Below, piece after piece: positions 1 to 11,137 of a stretch of 64,000 nt of DNA. Both the position numbers and the translations under genes were made by a program. Under the pieces are notes generated by a model that was not told where the DNA came from, made no database searches, and saw nothing but the letters and a program-made list of their open reading frames with translations. The DNA comes from Penicillus capitatus (Eukaryota; Plantae; Chlorophyta), in the NCBI GenBank assembly GCA_965649825.1, contig OZ287698.1, forward strand, positions 1,594,668-1,658,667, read 5' to 3'. Numbering within the stretch: position 1 is the stretch's first letter; each line of letters opens with the position of its first letter.

Positions 1-3000
1 AATGGAACCATAGATCCGACACTGTCAGGCATAAAGACGCTGAGAAAACTGTAAGCCGGGTTCTCTGTTCCGTAGATGGCAATGAATGCTTTTGTGCACT
101 GCTCAGCCTGCTCTCGGGAAATAATTTCACAGGGGAATTGTCCAGTGCATGGAGCGAATGTCAGCATTTAGAGGAAATCGACCTTTCCAACAACGCACTA
201 AATGGAAGTCTCCCTGATTCATGGTCTTCGCTGACATCACTAAAAAACATGTGAGCAGTTAGCTGTTTGGCTGACTCGACCCTTTGAGTCATAATTTGAG
301 CTCCTAGGGACCTTGGACGCAATGAACTTTCCGGAATGTTGCCGGCTTCTTGGGCTTCAATGTCTTCGATAAGGACAATGTGCGATCCTGATACTTGTTT
401 GCAGACAACATCTTTTTCTCGTGTGACAATAGGAAACTGGGTAACAACGGTCTGACTGGTGAACTACCGAGCGAATGGTCTGCATGGACAAACATAGAGC
501 AATTGATTCTGAACAACAACTCGCTTCATGGGCCATTACCAGACTCATGGTCGGCCTTCCATTCTATCAAAGAGATGGATGTGTCATACAATCAGCTGAA
601 CTCTACCATCCCGACATCGTGGGAATCTATGGCCGAAACGGCAGAGCAACTGTAACCCTATATACAGGTGAGCAGCATTGCTTCCGTGATGTGTTTTTGT
701 GTGTAGCATCTTTGATGGCAATCCTAACCTCGTGTGCGCTGTGCCTTCTTTGTGGTCAACATCTGTCTTTTATTCTTGCATTGGAACCATCGCACCGTTT
801 CTTCTGTTGCCACCAGAAATTCCGTCAGAACCTGCAGCTGAGTCGAGCATTGCGGACACGCAAATGGAAATGCCATTGGAATCCGTGCCCGAATCAAGCA
901 TTGCGGATCTGCTAACAGAAACACCATCGGAACCTGCAGCTGAGTCGAGCATTGTGGACACGCAAATGGAAATGCCATTGGAATCCGTGCCCGAATCAAG
1001 CATTGCGGATCTGCTAACAGAAACACCATCGGAACCTGCAGCTGCGTCGAGCATTGCGGATATGCAAATGGAAACACTGTCTAAACCTGCGTCTGAACCA
1101 AGCAATGAAGAATGGTCATTGGAATTGTCAACTGAAGAAAGTGGCGGCGACTATGTGTTGGACATTCCAACTCCTCCATCATCTCCACCGATAGAAGATT
1201 TCACGGAATCTTCCGAGACCGTTTTCAATCCGCCACCAGGTGAGGTCCTGCTAATTTACAACGCAACCACAAAAGATCACTCTTGATGAATCCAGCAGCG
1301 TCTGAAGATGAATCAAGTTCAATTCCGGAGCCGGATCTCGGGCCAGAGAGCGGCAAAAGTAGCGTCTTGGAGGAATACAGCTTCTCAGGTGAGATGGCGC
1401 CAATCGAAGAACCGGTGCCCTCGCCCACCGACGAACCGGATACTGAAGAGCCACATGTTCCTGAACACAGCCTGCAATTCGCAACTTCACTCACAGATGA
1501 AGACATCCTTCGCACATACTGTTCAACCTCGGCTGCGAAATGTGAGCGAACTCCTACTGGAGTCTACGAAGAGATCATCGTTGGTGACACATATTCCCTC
1601 GGATCCAGTGTGCCGGGAGAGTCCCTTTACGGTCTCAAAAGAATCGACACTTCAGCTCCTACACACCCTGGAAGCCCTTTTGTGATTCGCGTTGTACCTG
1701 AGAGTCAGCAATGCGGCGAATCTTCACAGCTTCTTGTTGAGGTGGCAGTCGTCTGTCCGTCGAGCCGCTTCTACTGCGAAGAGGATGGGAACTTATTCTG
1801 CAGTCCAGCTGAGTTCTGTATCAATCTTCAGCTCGGTACAGAGGATTTGGATACACGCGACGACCTGTCAGTGACTAGCAATGCTCCAGTCCTTCAGCTG
1901 AGGGGACCGGCGTCTGTCGAAGTCACGGTCGGTGACAACTACACTGCTTGTCTCCCATGTCTAGGACAGACAGATGAACGTGTCTGTGACGAAGGTGCTG
2001 ATGCATGGGACAGCATAGAAGGAAATCTGACTGCCTTGGTCGAAGCCTGTTCGGAGGAGAGCAACGTCCATCACATCAATGAAGATGGACTTGAAGGATG
2101 CTTCATCGATACCTCCACCCCTGGAATCTACAACATCACTTTCTCAGTCGCGGACAGCGTCGGCCAATCTGTCAAAGCGATTCGGCGACTGACGGTCCTT
2201 CCAGATTGCTCCGAAGGGGAATTCGTATGCATGGACGTGCTGCAATGCTCTGTACAGGGATCATGTTTTCTGCACACTGGGACAGTCGCCAACACCCCCA
2301 GCGATGTGAATCTGGACGCCGTGGCCATCGAAGTCGAGCAACCAAACAACACAATGGATCTTGTCCTTACAGACTCCATAGGTCCCTTTGTCAACGTCTA
2401 TGTCGGACAACCTTATGACAAGTGCGAGGAAGGAGTAGATCCGACCGATGATGTCAAGTGCGAACTGGGAGTCCGTCTTCGAATCTTTCCAGGTCAGGAG
2501 ACGGACTACAGTGTCTACGCATGTCCCTCGAGTCCATGCATACACACCGGAGGAAGCTTCTGCGAGGGCTCTCTTTTTTCCCAGCACGGTCTCGCCAGCT
2601 GCAACATCGATCAATCTGCCATCCCTGGAACGCAGTACGAGATTCAATTCATGGCCATTCCCATGAATGCCTCCCTGCCAGTACTATTTGTAAGCCGTTA
2701 TCTGGTCCTGGATAGCCCATGCGAAACAGATGCGTACTTCTGCCAAGACACTTGCTCTCCAGTTCCCTGTGATTACTTCGACAAGCTTACGCGTGACACG
2801 TCTCCGCGTATGGTATCTCGTTTTCCAGATGGCCTCTCTTTTGCTTATGGCACTGCCATACCGATCTCGATCTTCTCCTGCACCACAGATGCAGACTGCG
2901 GTGTGCGCGCAGAGGATGATGAGGGGGATGTCACTTCGAGCGTCACAGTCACCGAAACAACGCCTTGCGACAGAGAGCTGGGAACATGTCAGTATTGCCA

Positions 3001-6000
3001 TCCGGATTATCTCGCTTCTGGAAACTGTCCTCCTGGATATTACAGATACCAATACATTGTCAAAGACTCTGCGCAGAACGCCGCCAAACCCGTAGACTTG
3101 GAGGTGAACATTGTCGAGTTCAGTGAATTGGTGATCAGTGTGGCTCATCGTTCTGCGAAAGAAAACATGACAGCATCTTTCTGGAGCGAGCAGCCAGCTC
3201 AGATATTGACCCTGAAGGAGAATCTGCTGGATGCACTGGCATCTGGGTTTGACGAAAGAGGAAGACAGGCCACGCTGAAGCCGGAGGATTTTAAAGTGAC
3301 ATATGCGGATAGCGGCGTCATGTACATTCGGACACATCTCGCTGGAATGGGCAAAACCATCTCTACCGTGAACCCTACTGACGTGAGACTGTTAACGAAT
3401 TTGAGCTTCTCTGCACATGCCCCCTTAATTTTCAATGGATCTGATGAGCACGATTCATTTTCTCGTCGGAAATTACTCCAGACCAATGCGGGAAATGAAA
3501 CGAGTTTCTACGAGACCGTTGCATCTGCAGCAGATATCCTGGATGCCTTGGATACCAGTCATTTGAACATACGTGTTCCTGAAGTACACGCCGAAATGCT
3601 GACGGATGAAGTGGATGATATGCTGAGCGCCATTGTATCAGTGTTGGGAGAGATCGGCATTCTTTACGAAGAATCCATTTCTCAGGTGGAGACTCTCATC
3701 GAATCCGTCGGTGCTTCTTTTCCCGACACATCCAAGGCAGAAAAACAGATCTTGAGCAATATCGAAGCCATGTTCAGCGCTCAGAACAATTACCACCAGT
3801 TTATCGAAGACAGACTCAATGACACAGAGTACTGGAACCTTGCCGGAACTCTTGAAGAAATGCTGAACGCCACACAATCGGCGACTAGACAGACAATGGC
3901 GATGATCAATGCACAGCTTCGGGAGATGAACCACATGAGAGACTATCAGGTGAGACCACAGTTCTTCGCTTTTCCTTCAGCTCCTACGTAAAGGGATTTG
4001 TTGAATTAATCAATTCGCTCTCGGAGGATCACAAATGCATCAATGGAACAGAAGAGCAGCGTTTTGCATTCACCCTACCAGTGAGCAGCCAGGAAGACCA
4101 TGGCAGAAAGCTATTGCAAACTCGGAGCTCATCATACTCGGGTAGCGCTGTTTTGGGTTTGTCAGGGGCATCGGATGATGCGGAGAATATCTGGGGAGCA
4201 TACAAACTGACAGTCCCAGATTTATCAGCCTCAGGTCCGAATGCAGCAACCATATCGATGGAAACGATGCTCAGGGGTGCAACCAATAGTCGGAACTTCA
4301 TTGTCGGCGGCGTCGTCATCCAGACGGAACGCAGTACAAAGAAGCACATCTGCCATGGTCGATTTGCCCATCTAATTGAGTACTGTTACTCCATCCCACT
4401 ACATGAAGTGGATCGATCGAGCATTCCCTATGGCAGAGATCCTGTCTTCCTCACAGACTCTGTCCTCTTCAATGAAGATGCCGCCACGCGCACGGCAAAG
4501 TACTATGACACCGATCAGCCTTCCGAGACAAGTACTTCGGGAATTCCTTATGGTTTTCAACCAAGCAACGAAGGAGTGACGATGGGAACGCATTATGTCT
4601 ATGTGGACACGCAGTTCGACCGAACAACAGCGACAAAGCTCTTGCAATACTTGACAGAGGGCAGATTTCTCGATGCCTCTACCGATTCTGTCGTGGTGCG
4701 GTTTGTTACTTACAATCCTCAGTCTTCCCCCACGATTCTGGCTGTCAACGAAGTGCGGTGTATCTGGGGACAGTCAATCGAGTGCAAACACATGATCGAT
4801 GCTCTGCCAGACATCCAATGGACGCAGTTATCCACCACTGCAACAACTGTCGTCGTTGCTCTCCTCGTCATCATGTACTGGACGACCATCCTTCATGACA
4901 TATCGTCTGGCACAAAAACAGGCGAGACCCTGTGAAGCCGATGGCTTAGCTCGATGCTGGTCTGATGCAGGCGACAGGAGTATCACTGCTGGTCTGGCTC
5001 GCAACTCTGGAGACGTGTTCGTCGCTTCGATCATGACCGTCTCGTTCTGCATCACTCTGGGGATGATTGGATACGAAGTCTCCGATCTGGGACCACGACT
5101 GAGATTCGACGTCTATGACGCCAGCATTTTTCAAGGAGCACACTGGTTGCTGCATAAGAGAGAAGAGAGCCAAGGTATGAACATCACAGCCCATGAACGG
5201 GGTCTTTCCCTGCGCATGGATCGTAGCTGTGTCGGGAGGAGAGAGATGGAAGCTGCCAGCCAACACGACAGACATACAACGCCTCTCCAAGTTCCTTCAG
5301 AGCATGTCCACATACCGGACGCTCACCTCCGTCGACGACGTCTTTCAAACGCTCTCCATCATCGCTGTGATTCTACGTTTGCTAGCGCTGGCCTCTTCTA
5401 TCCCTCGTGTGTCCATCATCACTCAAACCCTCAAGAGATGTATCCAGCCACTCCTCTACTTCTTACTGCCATTTGCTGTCATCCTGATCCAATTTGCAGC
5501 CATGGGGACCATCTGCTTCGGTCGACGCATTCAATCCCTTTCGTCCCTCGCCGCATCCTTGGAGACGGTTCTGGAATTCGTCTTCTTTGGAGGGGGAAGT
5601 GCGTCTTTCTCCCGCTGAAGTACAGAGTTCAGCCGGTGTATTTGTGTAGGTTTGATTAATGAGCTGACGCCAGATGGCATTCTGCTGCATCCAATGGAGA
5701 AGACTGTCGCCGTGCTCTTTAAAGTCTCGTTGACATATCTCTCGATCTTTATCTTCATCAATTTCGTCCTGGCAATTCTCGGCGACAGATTTCTTTATGA
5801 GAAGGAAGAACACCAAAAGAAGCAAGTCGTCAAGAACGCTGATCTCTCTTCCCTCGGAGCAGCGATCTGCAAAGCCTTCCACCACATCCACCACAAACGA
5901 AAGAGCAGCCGTTCAGGTCAAGGGATCCCTAATCATGGTGATCTTAGAGATGTCATTCACAAAAGCCCTTCTTCAAGCAGAAAGCCGCCATTCTGTACAT

Positions 6001-6380
6001 CTCTGCTCCCTCGTGCAATTCTTTCCTCCCCTTCTTCATCTGTCATCCAAGAACTGGAATTGACATTTCCACAGGTCATCGATATCGATCAAAATGCAGA
6101 TGACGCCGATGTATCGGAAGGAGATAGCATCGAGGACGATGATGACATTCAGTGCGCAATTCCAATGAAGAGTTTCAATGCTGCAGCATTTGGCATGAAA
6201 AAGCTCCAGGAAGACGAGATCGATCTCTCTGCCATATTGAGGCGACTGGAAGATCGCATGCGTTCAAGAATTCGAACCAACAGCAAAGTGCGACAGTGGG
6301 CTATTCAAGCTCGGCTGGACCTATTACGCGTGGAATGGCGACAGCCAGAGTCTGTCAACATGTCCACATCATCTCAGTAG
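1..6380 (+). CDS. Large multi-exon receptor-channel (5' part outside window): plant-type LRRs, acidic Pro/Ser repeat stalk, Ig-like/Cys-rich ectodomain, polycystin (TRPP/PKD2-like) channel domain
   Basis: ORFs 395-655, 699-1286, 1283-3991, 4081-4935, 4799-5659, 5193-5618 and 5652-6380 join in frame through 44-62 nt introns (e.g. 51-106, 251-307, 380-432, 652-713, 3950-3993, 4922-4970). LRR consensus LxxLxLxxNxLxGxLP; TOP-domain-like motifs RNFIVGGVVIQTER and GRFLDASTDSVVVRFVTYNP; five hydrophobic helices plus a pore segment, the last ending FINFVLAILGDRF. TAG stop at 6378-6380. Confidence 0.8.
822..1073 (+). repeat. In-frame 102-bp tandem repeat (~2.5 copies) encoding PSEPAAESSIADTQMEMPLESVPESSIADLLTET
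   Basis: Unit starts at 822, 924 and 1026; each unit contains two related 17-aa halves sharing ESSIAD. Confidence 0.95.
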
Positions 6381-6558
6381 ATGAAATCGCGTCTTCGTTG
6401 TTTCCTGGACGGTCTCGTGTAATGACCTCGGAGATGACGATGGATTGGAGTTCTTTGACGGCTGAGACAAGACGTCCGTGCCTGCATCAACGTTTGATTG
6501 TTGTGTGCAGTTTGTATTCATCCACTCGGGATTTGCGCTGACTCGTACAGAAGGTAAC

Positions 6559-7313
6559 ATGCAAAACGAGCACTATCCCGTTGTTCCACGAAACGGATTA
6601 CCAGATGACGGACCGGGTAAGGCTTCTCTAGCTTGTCCCCCGCATCGTTGTCGGGTTACAGCGCGTTGACTTCTGAATAACGCCTCATGTGGTGTCAGAG
6701 TCCATGAGCATGTCAGAGTTCCTACAAGCGCCGTTCGATGAGCTGTGGGAACCGGACGTCTCACGTCTGGGCCTTGACTGGACTGCAGAGACGAGACCAC
6801 TCACCTTCCATGCGGGAGAAGGCGCCGCGTCTAGGTACAGCTTTCGACCGCATGTGGATTTTGGTGCTATACACGCCTTGCAAGGCACATCTGTAAGGAG
6901 ATCCTCGTTGTTCTCTGTCTCTCTTGACAATCGATTTGTCTTGCAGCGTCCTGCTGGTTATGGTTTTGGAATGTTTGATTTGATGCCACCGAACACCACA
7001 AGCCGTGTGACACGTGGTGTCCATCCTCGCGTTCTAAGACACATGAAAACGGTAGAGACAGCTCATTGTGTGCGCCTAAGAAAACTGTGTGGTGGTGGTT
7101 GCCCAGAGGAAGATAGGGAACAAGGACAACGTTAAAGAATGTCACATCTGCATGGAAGCCTTTCAGATCGGGAACCGTGCTACAGAGCTTCCATGCAAGC
7201 ATTTATTCTGTGGGCCATGCATTCGTGAGTGGCTGAAGAATAATGACACTTGTCCTGTCTGTCGGTACAAGTTTCCTGAACGCCAGACATTTCTAACATC
7301 CAATCAAGAATGA
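6559..7313 (+). CDS. RING-finger protein (putative E3 ubiquitin ligase); 5' end uncertain
   Basis: C-terminal CHICMEAFQIGNRATELPCKHLFCGPCIREWLKNNDTCPVCR; joined to ORF 6689 by GT-AG intron 7052-7106. Start codon inferred. Confidence 0.75.
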
Positions 7314-7927
7314 AGTCACTCTCTGTAGTCCTTCCTTGTTCTGCCTTTCAATAATGCAAAGCAAAGTCAACGTCGACAGCATCAAAACTTCTTGGATTTC
7401 ATCTCTAGAGACCGATGGGTTCTGATTCAAGTGTGAGGTGTGCGTCTATCTCACTCATGCGGCCATTGTTTCCCCTCGCTAGAGCGACCCATTCAGTTTT
7501 GCACCTGTTATCTGGCGCTGTTCATTCTTTGATGTTGCATATGGTGTTTAAACAGAATGTGATAGTGACGATGGTCATGTTGGTAGGGTGGCGGCGGTGG
7601 TGGCGGGTACAGCAATCTTAATTAATGCAGAATATCTTAAGTGACCATTCAAAGACAGAGGTATTTGTCCAGTCCCAGGATAAACCCTTGTCCATTCAAT
7701 ATTCTTGTGTCGTTGCAAAATGTCACAAGATACAGATAGACATCTCCCTCCCTTTGACTAAGACAATTATTGTTTCTGCGAGACACCCATCTGTCTTCGT
7801 GAAATGACCCTTAGAGTCTGTCGATGGGACGTTCGCGACCAGTTGCGTGTTTTGCCCAGTCCAAGAGCACCATCACGACGGCGGACGTCAAACTCGATGC
7901 TCACCCGACACGCTTCATCGTCTTGCC

Positions 7928-9258
7928 ATGAACGACAGCACATCACAACCTGTTTCTGCCAATACGTTTCCAGGGGATCGTCCGTTTTCTTTGGACGTCC
8001 ATCGAGCATTGGACATTGCTCGCAACCGACCCACGAACACCGTGGTGAGGTATTGACATGCCACTTGTTCATATGTCATCTATCAATGGTGACCTCTTGC
8101 TGCTTCTCTTGCTGTTGCCGCTTAATAAGCCCGCCGCACTGTTGCGCTCTCAGTAAGTTTGTGTTTCCTATCAGGCCAAACGACAAGGCTGTCAGCGCAC
8201 GTCGCGGTCTGGAACGACGTGGAAGTCGAAGCACTTCGACGTTTCGAGGCGTGACGCACCATTGCCGAACGGGTCGATGGGAAGCGCATATCTGGGAAGA
8301 TGGCAAGCAAGTTTACCTCGGGGGCTTCGACACTGAAGAGCAAGCGTCGGTTGCTTACGACATGGCAGCGCTCAGATGTCGAGGCGTCACTGCCATCACC
8401 AATTTCGATATCTCGAATTACGAACGAGAACTGGAACATCTTCACGAAGTGAGCGACCGACGGGCGGCCTTTCGCCTTACCATTTTCGTTCGAGGTCTCG
8501 AAGATGGATCTGATCCTGTCGCTCAGAGAACAGAGCAAGTCAACGGCAAGGCGCCGAACGGCAAAAGTTCATCCGCGACGCATAAGAGCGCCAAGGAGTT
8601 CTTCGAAGTATGCTTGCCTGTATGTTACGGGTCTGTTTGAGGCGATGGTGTGTCGAAAGAATCTCGGATGCCGAATGGGATGCAGGCAATGACGCATCAG
8701 ATTGGAACGACACCATTCTGGCATTTCGAAAAAGGACAATGACCACAACGGGCAAAAGAAAGGCGCGATCAGCCTCCTTTCTAATAACTGTACGCCATTT
8801 TTTTCTTCGCCGACACGAAAATGTGTAGCGTGCATAACGACGGGCGACAACGTCCTTCTGTAGAACGCCGAGGAAAACGAGATTCGGGGCAAGTGTTCGA
8901 CATGGAAGCTCTCTGCTTTCCTCGGAGAACAGGTCCATTTGAGAAACACCTTCCTGTTCGAACGGGTGTTCGACTGAGTCTGTCTGTATTGCAGGAGAAT
9001 GGAGAGAAGGGCAAAGATGCGCGAACAGCAAAGGCGACTCCTTTCAAATCCCATTCGACACAGAACATTCGCACAAGTCTAAAGCGACCCTCGCTCGAAA
9101 GTCTCCAAGAAGAAGAAGAAGAAGACGGGGAAGACCTTATCTCGATGTTGAATTTTGACTTTTCCTATGGATGTCTGGACCCAATGGGCGACGACAAGAT
9201 AGAAGTCGGCGGTTTTCTGAAGACCGACGACGACGATGACCTCGATTTTATTATCTAG
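7928..9258 (+). CDS. AP2-domain transcription factor (single AP2 domain, WRI/ANT-like linker, acidic C-terminus); start uncertain
   Basis: STFRGVTHHCRTGRWEAHIWEDGKQVYLGGFDTEEQASVAYDMAALRCRG..TNFDISNY, spliced to VSKMDLILSLREQS; acidic tail EEEEEDGED...DDDDDLDFII ending TAG. Confidence 0.85.
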
Positions 9259-9471
9259 GGCTGAGAGTATTTCATCTGTAGTTGTCGGAATTATTATTTT
9301 GCAATGTCCATTTCTTGCGACTATATTTCGTTTTCTTGGAGAGTGCAATGTGAATCTCGTGTTGCTTCTTTTCTAGAGAACGTATCCTGAAACAGTATTT
9401 GTTGTTTTTTGTTCATTGGGGACACCGTCCGCTATCGTGTTTAGCAGTTCTGCCGATTCGTAGCTCTTGAA

Positions 9472-10623
9472 ATGACGAGTATTGTCGGACAGCTCAGACC
9501 AAACGCCCCTGCTTTTACCCCTTCAAGGAATTGGCCCATCTCGTATCCCACTTCCCTCGGCGAGCCATCTGTTTTGTCTCCGCCCTTGTCAGAAATGATT
9601 GCCGATGTATGTCCGAATCGGTCGGTATGTGCTATGGACAAGACATTCTTGGCGATGTTCCTAGTGCGTTCCTATGGCGAGACCTCAGTTGTTAGACCAA
9701 AGAAGCACAGGTCTACACGTTCGAATGGACGTTCCGCGACCTCCTAACGTTGAAATCTATCGCCTCCTCGACGAAGGTACCTTCTCAGGCCTTCTATCGT
9801 CGACTGACCGTTACAGCGACAGTTGTCTTTTCTCCGACAGCCGGTGTCTGCACACCAAGTCCTACTAATATGGCCGTTCTCCGTGCGCGTCGCCCTTTTA
9901 GCTCTCCGTCACTATTATTCGACCAAGTACGCGGGTACTCTCTCCGATTCCTCTGAGACTAAAATGTCGTGAGCAGGAGCGGAGAGAATTTGGTTGTGAA
10001 TCCAGTAGGGAAGAATTGCCAACGCATGCAATGGCATGTTCGGAGACGGGACCCGTCTCCGTTCCGTTTTTTCCGTCGTTCAGTGGCAGTCAGCACGTTA
10101 TGCCTGGCTGCAGTACGAAAGAACGTTGGATGACAGACCTCAAGCGCCATTCTTGTCTTCAGGTTTGTTCTTCAGTTATGCCATGCATGGCTGGAATTGG
10201 GAAGAAGTACATTCGCACTTCTTACCTGCGCCCGAATTTCTTGACAGCTTTACAGACCGGTATGACGACCGGAAACTCGAACAGACGTCGATACCAGCAC
10301 CGTCTATTTCTACTCGCGCCACAGTATCGCGAGAGACATCAGATGACGGTTGCCAGAATAAGAGAAGCGAAGGCCATCGCCGCACGAATGGGTCTAAGAA
10401 GACAGAACAAGAGGGAGAACGTCGACATTCGATTACCAAGAAGGATAGAGTTCCGCAGAGTAGAGGCACCGAGAGTACAGTTGTTGCAGCGATGGATAGG
10501 GTCTCAGTCTGCGGACCCGATATCGGTCCAGATGGCCGGCCAAAACTGAATGCGCGGTGCGAATTCTGCAGGCGGCCGATCTCAAGTAAGAGATCGTCTT
10601 TCATAGGCAGCGCCGAACGCTAA
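9472..10623 (+). CDS. Hypothetical low-complexity protein with N-terminal PAM2-like motif
   Basis: QLRPNAPAFTPS resembles the PAM2 consensus LNPNAxEFxP; downstream ORFs 9674, 9750, 10016 and 10036 can be linked by short GT-AG introns, but the exon chain is not unique. Confidence 0.4.
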
Positions 10624-11137
10624 AGAGAGCGGAAAGCCGAGTGCTTGCCGCATTGTCAAAAGCGACAATGGACCTGAAGCGCGACTAACGCAGAAAGCAG
10701 TTAAGTGGTGTCGCCGCCGTCAGTGTCGTTGTCCATTCAGCGTCCCTCGTCGAAGTCTTCTTCGAAACCACTGTTGTGTGTTTATTATGTGTACAGACAG
10801 ACAACACTGTTGCTGTTTTTAACGTCTTTATTGTAGAAAACGAAATGTGCATGTCGCGTTTTTGACGTTATCGTTCATTTTGGTCGCTGAATACGTCAAA
10901 TAGACCAGCAGCGTCATGCAGAGATCTCTACGAGATGCATTGGTAACGACATTGCTGTCGGAACGGACCGTCATTGCGAGTGCGTGTCCATCCACAGCGT
11001 GCAAGGCAGGCGCGAAGGAAATCGCCTGCTCGCACAGCATCCCATGCATCCGATGAACCTTTCTCGAAGACGACGTCAAGGAAACCACGTCCATATACAG
11101 TAACCGCGCTGGCTTTCTGACAAGAGTCATTCACGAC

